Shown here: positions 30,565 to 40,496 of the stretch, one piece after another
Layout of the letters: each line of letters opens with the position of its first letter
Position numbering within the stretch: position 1 is the stretch's first letter
Assembly: GCA_965200425.1 (NCBI GenBank)
Contig: CBDAUA010000004.1
Span: 146,105 to 210,104 of the forward strand
Source of the DNA: Arenicellales bacterium
Lineage (GTDB): Bacteria > Pseudomonadota > Gammaproteobacteria > Arenicellales > JAJDZL01
DNA length: 64,000 bases
Reading direction: 5' to 3'
Program-made: the position numbers and the translations under genes
The notes under the pieces: model-generated
Seen by the model: only the letters and a program-made list of their open reading frames with translations
What the model was told of the DNA's origin: nothing
The model's database searches: none

Positions 30565-31306
30565 GCTATTGTTAGTAACTAATTGAAACCATTACAAAGC
30601 TGATTTTTGATTTTCTCTACCTGTTTTTGTGGCCTTATGACATATCTGACTTTGCTTAGTGTTCTTTGGTGCATCAAGACCAATCAATTAATTTTCAAAG
30701 GCTTCAATTGGAAATCTACGCAATTCTTATTTAATAGTAATCGCAGATTTTCAAATCTTGGACGAACCGATGCGGCTATGTCTATTCTGATCGGGTTAAT
30801 TAGATTGCCTGGGTCTAGATTTTTGTCCTGCTTATATCGTTGGGCTAGTCACATTAAGACTCCTGTTTATTCGTAAAGTTGCTCACAATCATTTAACCAT
30901 ACGCTGTAGTTCTATTATCGAGTCGTATCATCTTTCTTTACTCAAATGGCTCATTGCCTTTTCCTGTGGTTCGGCAGCTACAAAGTGGTCTTAAGTTAGA
31001 AGATTTTCGTACTTTCGTGACTTTGTGTGGCAACAGGTTTGTAGACCCTAGCAGTATTCTTGTATTTTCCGCAAACGATTTGCCGACAGTACAGAAAGAA
31101 AGGAAATTCACCGTCCTGTTATCCATCAAGTCTACTTAACCCAATTACGCAAACAAGCTTATTTACAGTCCTACCGGCGGTCTCGAACGCTCTAGTAAAC
31201 CACAATATTCATTTAGTTCTTTTCTTTTGTTATAACTTGAAAAATCGCTAGCTGAAGTATCGCAAGAATAATAACCAGATTCCTGTGAGCACAGTCAAAT
31301 TCTGTA

Positions 31307-31315
31307 TGCTATAAT
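31307..31315 (+). promoter_or_regulatory. Extended -10 promoter (TGcTATAAT)
   Basis: tgcTATAAT at 31307-31315. I found no good -35, which is consistent with the extended -10 class. Confidence 0.45.
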
Positions 31316-31321
31316 TTTATC

Positions 31322-31437
31322 GCAAACGTGTATGTTCCTGTGTACGAAGGGGGTAATCCTTGATTGGGAAATCCTGTTCTTCAGTAAAAAATACACCACA
31401 AAAGGGGATTGGTAAACCTCGCTTTTGCGAGGTTTTT
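31322..31437 (+). ncRNA. Candidate small RNA or leader transcript of about 115 nt upstream of rimP
   Basis: Bounded by the extended -10 promoter and an intrinsic terminator. It has no credible ORF. It contains a direct 13-nt repeat, GATTGGGAAATCC / GATTGGTAAACC. Confidence 0.35.
31415..31437 (+). terminator. Rho-independent terminator
   Basis: aacctcgc-tttt-gcgaggtt followed by ttt. Confidence 0.7.
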
Positions 31438-31456
31438 AAGTTATTGATAAAGGGAC

Positions 31457-31485
31457 TTGAAAAACTAGGTACTTGACCATAAATA
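31457..31485 (+). promoter_or_regulatory. Candidate sigma70 promoter for rimP (TTGAAA-N17-TAAATA)
   Basis: Hexamers are at 31457-31462 and 31480-31485. This would give an almost leaderless rimP mRNA (ATG at 31496). Confidence 0.3.
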
Positions 31486-31495
31486 ATTAGAGAAA

Positions 31496-31963
31496 ATGAG
31501 TTTCGCGACGACAAAGGAAAGGTTGTTTGATCTGCTTAGTGGTAATATTGAGAAATATGGTTATGAATTGATACATTTAGAGCTGATAGGTCGAGAAACG
31601 TCACGCGTACTTCGTTTGTATATTGATGCACCAGGAGGCATTACGCTTGACGATTGCTCATTCGTGAGTCAACAAGTAGGACGATTACTTGACGTAGAAG
31701 ACCCGTTCCCGGATCGTTACACCTTGGAAGTGTCATCGCCTGGTATAGAAAGGCCGCTTGCTCGTCGTGAGCACTTTGAGCAATTTGTTGGGGAACGGAT
31801 ACAGCTGTCAACCTTGATCAAGTGTAAAGGTAGGAAAAATTTTTTAGGAAATTTGATTAAGGTCGTAGGTAACTTTATTGAATTGGATGTGGATGGAAAG
31901 ACTTACACGATCGATTTAAAGAAGGTTAAACAGGCTCGATTGAAGCCTCTCCTGGAGCAGTAA
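31496..31963 (+). CDS. rimP: Ribosome maturation factor RimP
   Basis: LRLYIDAPGGITLDDCSFVSQQVGRLLDVEDPFPDRYTLEVSSPGIERPL. Confidence 0.93.
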   Translation: MSFATTKERLFDLLSGNIEKYGYELIHLELIGRETSRVLRLYIDAPGGITLDDCSFVSQQVGRLLDVEDPFPDRYTLEVSSPGIERPLARREHFEQFVGERIQLSTLIKCKGRKNFLGNLIKVVGNFIELDVDGKTYTIDLKKVKQARLKPLLEQ

Positions 31964-31993
31964 AGATAAATAACGGAATAAAATACGGAAATT

Positions 31994-33490
31994 GTGAATA
32001 CGAAAGAGATACCTCAAGTTGTTCAAGCATGGTCAGTTGAGAAGAATCTGCCGTCTACTGTGATTTTCGAGGCCTTAGAGTTGGCACTTGCCGCGGCTAC
32101 GCGCAAACATTATTTTCACGAGATTGACGCTCGCGTGAGCATCGATAAAAATACTGGTGAATTCGATACATTTCAGCGCTGGGAGGTAGTGACTGATGAG
32201 GATTACGAATCTTCCGATCTACAAATTTTATTCGATGAAGCACGTAAGCAAAATGCTGAAATAGAAGTCGGTAAGTATATTGAGAAACCTATGAAGTCGA
32301 TTGAAGCAGATCGAATTTCGGCGCAAACTGTTCGGCAAGTGGTGATGCAAAAAGTATACGAAGCCGAACGCGAACGAGTGTTTAAAGAATTTGAACCCAA
32401 AAAGGGCTCGATGCTGTTTGGTGTCGTAAAGCGAATTGATCGAGGTGATGCAATTGTTGACATCAATGGGGTGGAAGCTTTGCTACCTCGATACCTGAGT
32501 ATCCCCAAAGACGGTATGCGTAAGGGAGATCAAATTCGTGCAATCTTAAAGGATGTGAACCTGGAGTCTCGAGGACAGCAACTCATTCTTGATCGAGTGT
32601 GTCCGGAGCTTCTTGTTGAGTTGTTCAAGTTGGAAGTGCCGGAAACACGAGAAGGACTTGTTGAAATTCGAAACGCTGCGCGTGATCCTGGATTACGTGC
32701 CAAAATCGCCGTTAGCTCGGAAGAGCCTTATTCGATTGATCCGATTGGAGCTTGTGTCGGTGTGCGTGGAGCTCGAGTGCAGAGCGTAACGAGTCAAATA
32801 GCCGGTGAAAGAGTGGATATCGTGCAGTGGTCGAAGCTTGCGGTTCAATTTGTGATCAACGCACTTGCTCCTGCAGAAGTAGAGTCGATCGTTGTCGAAA
32901 ATGCAAAAACCAGCATGGATGTTGTGGTCGCGGAATCTCAACTATCACAAGCAATCGGCCGAGGTGGTCAAAATGTACGCCTTGCATCGCAACTGACAGG
33001 TTGGGATCTAAACATACTGACACGAGAAGAAGCAGAAAAGAAAGCCATCGACGAAGCAAAGGAAATTCAAGAACGTTTAGTAGAGCAACTAGACGTTGAT
33101 GAAGAAGTGGCTGCGAGATTAGTGCGAAACGAATATACGAGTACACTCCAAATTGCGTACGAAGATCCCGCATTACTTGCCAAAAAAACCCAGTTTGATA
33201 TGGAAACCGCCAAAACCATCCACAATCGAGCAATGATGGCGAATTTGGTTGAAGAAATGAAGCTGATCAAGGAAGCAGAAGAAAATGTTCCTGATGCATC
33301 TTTGTATGAAGTAGCCGAGATGGATGACGAGATCGCATGGAAATTGGCGGCACACGGTATTCGTACCATGGAAGAATTAGCGGAATGTTCGACGTTTGAA
33401 TTACTTGAAGTCCCAGGAATTTCAGAGGACCGCGCGAAAGAAATGATCATGAGTGCTCGAGCACCCTGGTTTGAAGAGTTGGAGAATTAA
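31994..33490 (+). CDS. nusA: Transcription termination/antitermination factor NusA
   Basis: 498 aa with S1 and KH regions (IGACVGVRGARVQ, AIGRGGQNVRLASQLTGW) and C-terminal acidic repeats. GTG start. Confidence 0.95.
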   Translation: MNTKEIPQVVQAWSVEKNLPSTVIFEALELALAAATRKHYFHEIDARVSIDKNTGEFDTFQRWEVVTDEDYESSDLQILFDEARKQNAEIEVGKYIEKPMKSIEADRISAQTVRQVVMQKVYEAERERVFKEFEPKKGSMLFGVVKRIDRGDAIVDINGVEALLPRYLSIPKDGMRKGDQIRAILKDVNLESRGQQLILDRVCPELLVELFKLEVPETREGLVEIRNAARDPGLRAKIAVSSEEPYSIDPIGACVGVRGARVQSVTSQIAGERVDIVQWSKLAVQFVINALAPAEVESIVVENAKTSMDVVVAESQLSQAIGRGGQNVRLASQLTGWDLNILTREEAEKKAIDEAKEIQERLVEQLDVDEEVAARLVRNEYTSTLQIAYEDPALLAKKTQFDMETAKTIHNRAMMANLVEEMKLIKEAEENVPDASLYEVAEMDDEIAWKLAAHGIRTMEELAECSTFELLEVPGISEDRAKEMIMSARAPWFEELEN

Positions 33491-33508
33491 ATCGACTAGA
33501 GTTTTAGT

Positions 33509-36031
33509 GTGGCTGTATCTGTAAAATCTCTCGCAAGAAAATTAAATCTTTCACCTCAAAGTTTATTCACGTTATTGGATGCTGCCGGTGTTTCTGGCAA
33601 ATCACTCGAGGATGAAATAACTCAGGATGAAATGAGACATATTTTTCGATTAGTTCATCCTGAATCTGGTGAAGCCAAAGTAAACCCGAAAGGATCCAAG
33701 CAAAAATTCGAAACGAGAGGTAGATCGGGTTCGAAACGAGTAATTTCTGTCGAGATCAAGAACGATCATGTTCCAGCTCCTAGATCTCTTACGCGCTCGG
33801 TAATTGAAAAAATTCGAAAGCCGATTATGCCACCCGAGGTCCCGCAAAAAGAAGTTGCAAAAGAGGTCGAGCCTGCTCCTGAAGAAGCGATTCCAGAACC
33901 GATACAACCAAAAACCGAGGAAGTCGCTCAAGTCACTGAAAAAACAGAAGCTGTAATTCTGCCTGCTGACGAGCCTAAGCCCGAATCTAAATCCAAAGTG
34001 ATTGCCCCTGAGCAAGCGGATGTGGGTGATGAAGCAAAACCTGCAATTAAACCCTCGGTTAAAGCTGATGTAGAGCGAAAAGACAAGAAAGAAGAAGCCG
34101 ATTCTGATTCAAAGAAACAAGAGACTAAGTCAAAGCCGAAGCTTGAACGGCCAAAACGCAAGCCAACGAAGGGAAATGAAGTTCCGCGTAAAAGATTGCG
34201 ATTACCAAAACGTGTTCTAAGAATCGAGCGTGAGCAAGAATTACGAAAGAAGTACGGAGAAAAGAGAAAAAAACAACACCAATTCGTTGCACCGCAAGAA
34301 CCACGTACTCTTGAAGTAGAAATCTCCGAATCGAATTTATTAACCGATCTCGCAAAGGCAATGTCAGTTAAGTCAAATACCTTGATACAAAAATTGTTTG
34401 AGCTCGGTGAGGCCGTTACAGTCAATGATCGAATTGACAAAGATACCGCAATCTTTCTCGTTGAAGAACTCGGGCATAAGCCAAGAGAAGTCGATGTTCA
34501 AAATATCGAATCGAATTTAACGAGTCGAGACGATGATGACCGAGAGCAGTTGCCTCGAACCCCAGTGGTCGTTGTGATGGGACACGTTGACCACGGAAAA
34601 ACCACATTGTTGGATGCAATTCGGTCGACTCATGTTGTAAAAAGCGAAAAAGGTGGGATTACCCAACATATCGGTGCTTACATGGTGAAAACTCAACTTG
34701 GCAAAATCACCTTTTTGGATACTCCCGGTCATGAAGCATTTGCTGCGATGCGAGTAAGGGGTTCTAAAGTTACGGACATTGTGGTTCTAGTCGTTGCTGC
34801 AGATGATGGTGTAATGCCACAAACTATCGAATCAATCAAACACGCCAAGAATGCGGATGTTCCAATCATTGTCGCCATCAACAAAATTGATTCTCGTCTA
34901 GCTAACCCCAATCGAGTTTTACGCCAATTGACAGAACATGGGATTCTGACTGAAAATTTGGGTGGTGACGTCCAAGTTGTTGAAATTTCCGCTTTGAAAA
35001 AGACTGGTATTGACGATCTTTTGGAGGCCATTCAACTGCAGTCAGAAATTCTTGAGTTGACAGCTCCAGTAACAGGGCCCGCAAGCGGAGTAGTCATAGA
35101 AGCGCGTGTGGATGTCGGTCGCGGTGTTGTTGCAACAGTATTGGTTCAGAAGGGAACACTAAAGCGCAGTGACGATATAGTTGCTGGCTCAAAGATTGGA
35201 AAAGTTCGAGCTCTGAAGAATGATGTAGGAAAAACTGTAAGACGAGGCGGACCATCCGTACCACTTGAAATACAGGGTCTGAAAGAAGTTCCGGATGTTG
35301 GTGATCAGTTTTTAGTGGTTCCGAACAAAAACTCTGCAAAGGAACTAGCGGAATATCGTCTCGGTGTGAAACAATCTGCGAAACAGTCTAGGCAAAAAAT
35401 AGGTGATATTTTTAATTTTGATGAGCCTATGACTCTCAATATTTTGGTGAAATCTGACGTTCAGGGCTCGGTAGAAGCGATCACTAATGCGATTAGAAAC
35501 TTGTCTTCTGAAAAAATCGAGCTGAAAGTAATTCACGAAATGGTGGGTGGAATCAGTCAGTCGGATGTCAACTTGGCGATTACTACAGAAGCAATTATCA
35601 TCGCTTTCAACGTTCGGGCCGATACAAAAGCACGTCAGATGATCGAAGAGTACAAGCTTACGGTTATCTATAGTGGAGTGATTTACGATGCCTTGGGCGC
35701 GTTACAAGAAGTGATCGCCGGAAGAGTTGAGCCGGAATATGAAGAAAAAGTGATTGCTAGAGCCAAAGTATTGGAGGTATTTCGACTCTCCAAAGGGAGA
35801 ACAGTTGCTGGCTGTTTCGTTACAGATGGTACGGTTCAAAGCAGCGCGTCAGTTCGCGTGTTGACCAACAACATAGTAATGCATAACGGAGTCATAGATT
35901 CTCTTCGCCGCTACAGAAGCGATGTTGCAGAAGTGAAGGCAGGTATGGAATGTGGAATCAGTATCCGCAACTACCACGATGTCGACGTCAACGACGAGCT
36001 TGAAATCTTTCAATCTCGACTAGTTAGCTAG
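33509..36031 (+). CDS. infB: Translation initiation factor IF-2
   Basis: 840 aa. K/E/P-rich N-terminal region, then the G domain VVVVMGHVDHGKTTLLD, DTPGHEAF and NKID. Confidence 0.96.
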   Translation: MAVSVKSLARKLNLSPQSLFTLLDAAGVSGKSLEDEITQDEMRHIFRLVHPESGEAKVNPKGSKQKFETRGRSGSKRVISVEIKNDHVPAPRSLTRSVIEKIRKPIMPPEVPQKEVAKEVEPAPEEAIPEPIQPKTEEVAQVTEKTEAVILPADEPKPESKSKVIAPEQADVGDEAKPAIKPSVKADVERKDKKEEADSDSKKQETKSKPKLERPKRKPTKGNEVPRKRLRLPKRVLRIEREQELRKKYGEKRKKQHQFVAPQEPRTLEVEISESNLLTDLAKAMSVKSNTLIQKLFELGEAVTVNDRIDKDTAIFLVEELGHKPREVDVQNIESNLTSRDDDDREQLPRTPVVVVMGHVDHGKTTLLDAIRSTHVVKSEKGGITQHIGAYMVKTQLGKITFLDTPGHEAFAAMRVRGSKVTDIVVLVVAADDGVMPQTIESIKHAKNADVPIIVAINKIDSRLANPNRVLRQLTEHGILTENLGGDVQVVEISALKKTGIDDLLEAIQLQSEILELTAPVTGPASGVVIEARVDVGRGVVATVLVQKGTLKRSDDIVAGSKIGKVRALKNDVGKTVRRGGPSVPLEIQGLKEVPDVGDQFLVVPNKNSAKELAEYRLGVKQSAKQSRQKIGDIFNFDEPMTLNILVKSDVQGSVEAITNAIRNLSSEKIELKVIHEMVGGISQSDVNLAITTEAIIIAFNVRADTKARQMIEEYKLTVIYSGVIYDALGALQEVIAGRVEPEYEEKVIARAKVLEVFRLSKGRTVAGCFVTDGTVQSSASVRVLTNNIVMHNGVIDSLRRYRSDVAEVKAGMECGISIRNYHDVDVNDELEIFQSRLVS

Positions 36032-36088
36032 TCTGGAATAAGTCTCAAGTCATTCTCCAATTGATCCCCTCGATGTGAGGATACGTTC

Positions 36089-36469
36089 TTGACAGACTAC
36101 CGATACTGGTTAGATTCCGCTGGAATTGATCGAACGAAAAGAATCGCTTCAGTAGTTCATCGCGAGCTCAGCTCTATTTTGCAAAACAAAGTTGCAGACC
36201 CGCGAATCGAATCTATTACGATTACCGAAGTTTTGGTATCGAAAGACCTAAAACACGCGACAGTATTCACGGTAGGTGGCGGCTCTTCCACATCGTTGGA
36301 CAATACAATTGAAGCCCTAAATCATGCGAAGGTTTACCTGCGGCATCAATTGGCAAAGCAGACTCATTTGAAATATGTTCCGAGGATCACATTCCAAGTC
36401 GATTTGGCTCCAGAACGAGGTGCTCGAGTCTTAAATCTAATTGAGCACGTTTCCAAATCAGCAAAATAG
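36089..36469 (+). CDS. rbfA: Ribosome-binding factor A
   Basis: 126 aa. RIASVVHRELSSIL...DPR...TITEVLVSKDLKHATVF. TTG start; position between infB and truB. Confidence 0.9.
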   Translation: MTDYRYWLDSAGIDRTKRIASVVHRELSSILQNKVADPRIESITITEVLVSKDLKHATVFTVGGGSSTSLDNTIEALNHAKVYLRHQLAKQTHLKYVPRITFQVDLAPERGARVLNLIEHVSKSAK

Positions 36470-36482
36470 AATTACTTCGTCA

Positions 36483-37388
36483 ATGAAAAAAAAGAATCCA
36501 TCACCCGGAGTATCAGGTGTATTGTTGCTAGATAAACCATCCTATATCACGTCTACTGCAGCAGTCAACCAAGTAAAGAAACTTTTTCGTGCAAACAAAG
36601 CGGGACACACTGGTAGCCTAGACCCGATTGCGACAGGATTGTTGCCAATCTGTCTTGGCAGTGCAACAAAAGCAGCGGGCTTTTTCTTACATGCCGATAA
36701 AACCTATTGGGCTTGTATAAAGTTGGGAGAGACGACGGACACTGGTGATAGCCAAGGTGAATTGATCGAAAGCAACGAAGTCAAAGCATCCGATCGCAAA
36801 ATTGAAAGAGTTGTACATAGTTTTATCGGAGAATACGAACAAGTACCACCGATGTATTCGGCTGTGAAGGTCAAAGGCAAGCCTTTGTATAAATATGCAA
36901 GGAAGGGATTGGAAGTCCAACGTAAAGCTCGTAAGGTAAAAATTCACAATATCCAAGTATTGAATATTCGAAAAGAATTTGTTTCGATCGAGTTAACTTG
37001 CTCTCGAGGATTTTATGTTCGAGTATTGGCAGAAGAAATTGGTGAACAACTAGGCTGTGGTGGCCATGTGCAGTCTTTAAGAAGATTGGGAGTAGGGCAG
37101 CTGAACGTGGACGACAGTTATACGATTGACGCTATTCGTGAATTGGATTCCTTACAGGATAGACTAGACTTGTTAGTGCCTTGTGATGAAACTTTGACGG
37201 ACTTACCCAAAATTGATCTTTCGTTTGATGCAGCCTATTATCTGTGTCGCGGTCAAACAGTTCGTGCGAAAAATTTGCCCGCTACCGGGATAGTACGCTT
37301 ATACGAAGATACTGTTGGATTTTTAGGATTCGGAACTTCGTTGGGAGATGGCCGAGTTGCACCAAAACGACTTTTCCATCCAAGCTAA
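36483..37388 (+). CDS. truB: tRNA pseudouridine(55) synthase TruB
   Basis: GVLLLDKPSYITS and KAGHTGSLDPIATGLLPICLG motifs. I prefer the ATG at 36483. Confidence 0.94.
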   Translation: MKKKNPSPGVSGVLLLDKPSYITSTAAVNQVKKLFRANKAGHTGSLDPIATGLLPICLGSATKAAGFFLHADKTYWACIKLGETTDTGDSQGELIESNEVKASDRKIERVVHSFIGEYEQVPPMYSAVKVKGKPLYKYARKGLEVQRKARKVKIHNIQVLNIRKEFVSIELTCSRGFYVRVLAEEIGEQLGCGGHVQSLRRLGVGQLNVDDSYTIDAIRELDSLQDRLDLLVPCDETLTDLPKIDLSFDAAYYLCRGQTVRAKNLPATGIVRLYEDTVGFLGFGTSLGDGRVAPKRLFHPS

Positions 37389-37508
37389 AACGAAAAACGA
37401 GTATGATAAAGAAGCTCCAAGTATCCACAAACATTTTTATACCGCAATCTATAAATTCTAAATAAGGTTGCGTCTTTTTTTCAAAACTTAGTAGAAGGAA
37501 GTAGAAAC

Positions 37509-37778
37509 ATGGCTTTGTCTGTTGTCACAAAGACCAAAATCATTGAGGAATATCGCCTAAATGAGAACGATACAGGTTCGCCTGAAGTTCAGGTTGCTCT
37601 GCTCACGGAGAGAATTCGAGGGCTTACCGATCATTTCAAGCAGCACAAACACGATCATCATTCTCGAAAGGGATTGTTGCGAATGGTGAATCGTAGGCGC
37701 AAGCTGTTGACTTTTTTGAAGTCGGAAGAACCATCTCGGTATCAAGCCATTATTACTAGACTTAAATTGAGAAAGTAG
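37509..37778 (+). CDS. rpsO: 30S ribosomal protein S15
   Basis: 89 aa. [33 protein letters not shown]. Confidence 0.97.
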   Translation: MALSVVTKTKIIEEYRLNENDTGSPEVQVALLTERIRGLTDHFKQHKHDHHSRKGLLRMVNRRRKLLTFLKSEEPSRYQAIITRLKLRK

Positions 37779-37802
37779 CCTGCACATTAGGAGTTCAAAA
37801 GA

Positions 37803-39899
37803 ATGAGCGAAATAGCAGATATATGTTTCCAATATGGATCACATGAAGTCCGTTTGGAAACTGGGCGTATTGCCAGGCAAGCAACAGGTGCAGTTGTAGC
37901 CAGTATGGGGGACACTTCGGTGTTGGTTACAGTTGTTGCTGGATCAACGCCGAAAAATCTCAATTTTTTACCACTTACTGTCGAATATGAGGAACGGACG
38001 TATGCCGCCGGTCGAATACCCGGCGGTTTTTTTAAGCGAGAAGGTCGACCGTCAGAAAAAGCGGTTCTTACTTGTCGATTGATTGATCGTCCCCTACGTC
38101 CTCTTTTTCCAAAAGGCTTTTGCCATGAAGTTCAAGTTATTGCAACCATTATGTCGGTGGACCCAAATATCGATCCAGATGTCATTGCCTTGCTAGGTGC
38201 ATCGGCTGCAGTAAAAGTTTCTGGGATTCCTTTCGAAGGTACATTAGCTGCCGCGAGAGTTGGTTTCGTTAATGGTCAGTTTGTACTTAATCCTGATTTG
38301 GATGTTTTACAAACAGATTCGAAATTAGATTTGGTGGTAGCTGGTACGGACAACGCAGTTTTGATGGTTGAATCCGAAGCCAACTGCTTGTCCGAACGGC
38401 AAATGCTTGGGGCGGTTATGTTTGGTCACGACCAATTGCAAACTGCGATTGATGCAATCGACAGATTGGCTGAACGTGCAGGAAAGCCAAAATGGGATTG
38501 GCGACCAATCGTTTCGGACACCAGTCTAACCCAGCAGCTTGAAGAAATTGCAAAAACCGAATTAGAGCGTGCGTATGACATCCCTGAAAAAACCGCCCGT
38601 CAAGAAGAGCTCGCTAAAATTCGAAACGAAGTGCTTGAAAACCTGTGGGATGCGGAGGAAAATGACACCGACGAGTTAAACCGAATCAAGTCTGAAATTA
38701 AGGGTATCGAATCTAACATTGTTCGAACAAGAATTATCAATGGATTGCCAAGAATTGACGGTCGAGATGGAAAGACTGTCAGGCCGATTGATATTCAAAC
38801 ACGTGTGTTCGCCCGAACACACGGTTCGACGGTTTTTACGCGGGGTGAAACGCAGGCAATTGTGATTACAACCTTGGGTACCGAACGAGATGCACAAATC
38901 ATTGATGCTCTAGAAGGCGAACATCGAGATCCCTTTTTGCTTCATTACAACTTTCCACCATTTTGTGTTGGTGAAACAGGACGAATTGGCTCCCCCAAAC
39001 GTCGAGAAATCGGACACGGTCGGCTCGCCAAAAGAGCACTTGCTGCAGTATTACCCGACCGCGAAGACTGTCCGTACGTAATTCGAATTGTTTCCGAAAT
39101 TACCGAATCGAATGGCTCGAGTTCGATGGCGACGGTATGTGGTGCTAGTCTTTCGTTAATGGATGCAGGAGTAGAAATTTCAGCGCCAGTTTCTGGTGTA
39201 GCAATGGGCCTTATTAAAGAAGGCGACAAGTTCGAAATTTTGACTGATATTCTCGGCGATGAAGATCATCTTGGAGATATGGATTTTAAGGTCGCGGGTA
39301 CAGCGAACGGCATTACCGCTTTGCAGATGGATATCAAGATCAAAGGTATTACAGAAGAGATTATGCACGCTGCTTTGGCGCAGGCGCGAGACGCTAGACT
39401 ACATGTGCTTAACGAAATGAGCAAAGCCCTCGCGGCCCCGCGTGCTGAAATTTCCGAGTTCGCTCCGCGCATCATTACCATGAAAATAAATCCGAAGAAA
39501 ATACGCGATGTCATCGGTAAAGGTGGCGCGACGATTCGTGCTCTTTCCGAAGAAACGGGTGCAAGGATTGATGTTTCTGACGATGGTGTGATCAACATCT
39601 CCTCGGTTGACAAAACTGCAGGGGAAAGCGCAAGAAAACGCATCAAATACATCACTTCAGATGTGGAAATTGGGAAAGTCTATGATGGTACTGTTGTAAA
39701 ACTGATGGATTTCGGTGCTTTTGTTAATATTTTGCCTGGGCGAGACGGCTTGGTTCACATATCACAAATCTCGCGAAAGCATGTAAAGCAAGTGTCGGAT
39801 GTCTTGACTGAAGGCAAGAATGTAAAAGTGAAAGTTCTTGATGTAGACAAACAGGGTCGAATCCGACTCAGTATGAAAGCTGTTGGTGTTGCTGCATAA
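37803..39899 (+). CDS. pnp: Polyribonucleotide nucleotidyltransferase (PNPase)
   Basis: 698 aa with two RNase PH domains, a KH domain ([11 protein letters not shown]) and an S1 domain ([18 protein letters not shown]). Confidence 0.97.
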   Translation: MSEIADICFQYGSHEVRLETGRIARQATGAVVASMGDTSVLVTVVAGSTPKNLNFLPLTVEYEERTYAAGRIPGGFFKREGRPSEKAVLTCRLIDRPLRPLFPKGFCHEVQVIATIMSVDPNIDPDVIALLGASAAVKVSGIPFEGTLAAARVGFVNGQFVLNPDLDVLQTDSKLDLVVAGTDNAVLMVESEANCLSERQMLGAVMFGHDQLQTAIDAIDRLAERAGKPKWDWRPIVSDTSLTQQLEEIAKTELERAYDIPEKTARQEELAKIRNEVLENLWDAEENDTDELNRIKSEIKGIESNIVRTRIINGLPRIDGRDGKTVRPIDIQTRVFARTHGSTVFTRGETQAIVITTLGTERDAQIIDALEGEHRDPFLLHYNFPPFCVGETGRIGSPKRREIGHGRLAKRALAAVLPDREDCPYVIRIVSEITESNGSSSMATVCGASLSLMDAGVEISAPVSGVAMGLIKEGDKFEILTDILGDEDHLGDMDFKVAGTANGITALQMDIKIKGITEEIMHAALAQARDARLHVLNEMSKALAAPRAEISEFAPRIITMKINPKKIRDVIGKGGATIRALSEETGARIDVSDDGVINISSVDKTAGESARKRIKYITSDVEIGKVYDGTVVKLMDFGAFVNILPGRDGLVHISQISRKHVKQVSDVLTEGKNVKVKVLDVDKQGRIRLSMKAVGVAA

Positions 39900-39929
39900 G
39901 GTGTTGAATTTTGTTAATTGTTAGCGCGC

Positions 39930-40382
39930 ATGAAGGTTTTGGTTCAACGTGTTCTGAGTGCAGAGGTTACGGTATCGGGAAAGACAATAGGTGAAATTGA
40001 TGAGGGGCTGTTGCTGTTCGTGGGTTTTACGAACGGGGATGATGAATCAATGGTTCAGTATCTCGTCAATAAAACAGTCAATCTAAGAGTCTTTGCAGAT
40101 CAAACCGGGCGCTTGAAAAACTCGGTTCTAGAAGTTGCGGGTGACGTTTTAGCGATTCCTCAATTCACGTTGTATGCAAATACCTCGAAAGGTCGGCGAC
40201 CTGATTTTACAAAGGCGTTGCATCCGAAAGCTGCAAGCAAGTTGTTCGACCAGTTTGTTTCGAAATTGTCAGTTTTAACTTCTGCAAAAGTTGCTCAAGG
40301 AAAATTTGGTGCGTACATGAAGGTTTCTTTGGTAAACGATGGTCCTTTTACAGTCATGTTAACGAAGGAATCGAATCAATAG
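39930..40382 (+). CDS. dtd: D-aminoacyl-tRNA deacylase
   Basis: MKVLVQRV...GLLLFVGF...SQFTLYA-like (PQFTLYAN)...NDGPFT. Confidence 0.93.
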   Translation: MKVLVQRVLSAEVTVSGKTIGEIDEGLLLFVGFTNGDDESMVQYLVNKTVNLRVFADQTGRLKNSVLEVAGDVLAIPQFTLYANTSKGRRPDFTKALHPKAASKLFDQFVSKLSVLTSAKVAQGKFGAYMKVSLVNDGPFTVMLTKESNQ

Positions 40383-40496
40383 ATTGACGGTGTGGAATGA
40401 AAATCGTCAAAAGCTTTGTCTGAAGTTTGCAGCTAAGTAGTTCATCCAAAGTGGTTAAACGACGAAAGAGCCTTCGATAGGACTCTGCCGCGACGA

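Noticed and set aside
30607-31251. ORFs of 61-89 codons inside the AT-rich spacer upstream of rimP (for example 30607-30876, with a hydrophobic N-terminus).
   Set aside because: They have non-ATG or weak starts, no Shine-Dalgarno, mutually overlapping frames on both strands, and Phe/Leu/Ser-rich products typical of random AT-rich ORFs.
33067-34440. Long antisense ORFs (127, 121 and 170 aa) opposite nusA and infB.
   Set aside because: They lie opposite unmistakable NusA and IF-2 coding sequence. The IF-2 K/E/P-rich region is repetitive, so open frames persist on the antisense strand. The translated products are low-complexity S/R/F-rich.
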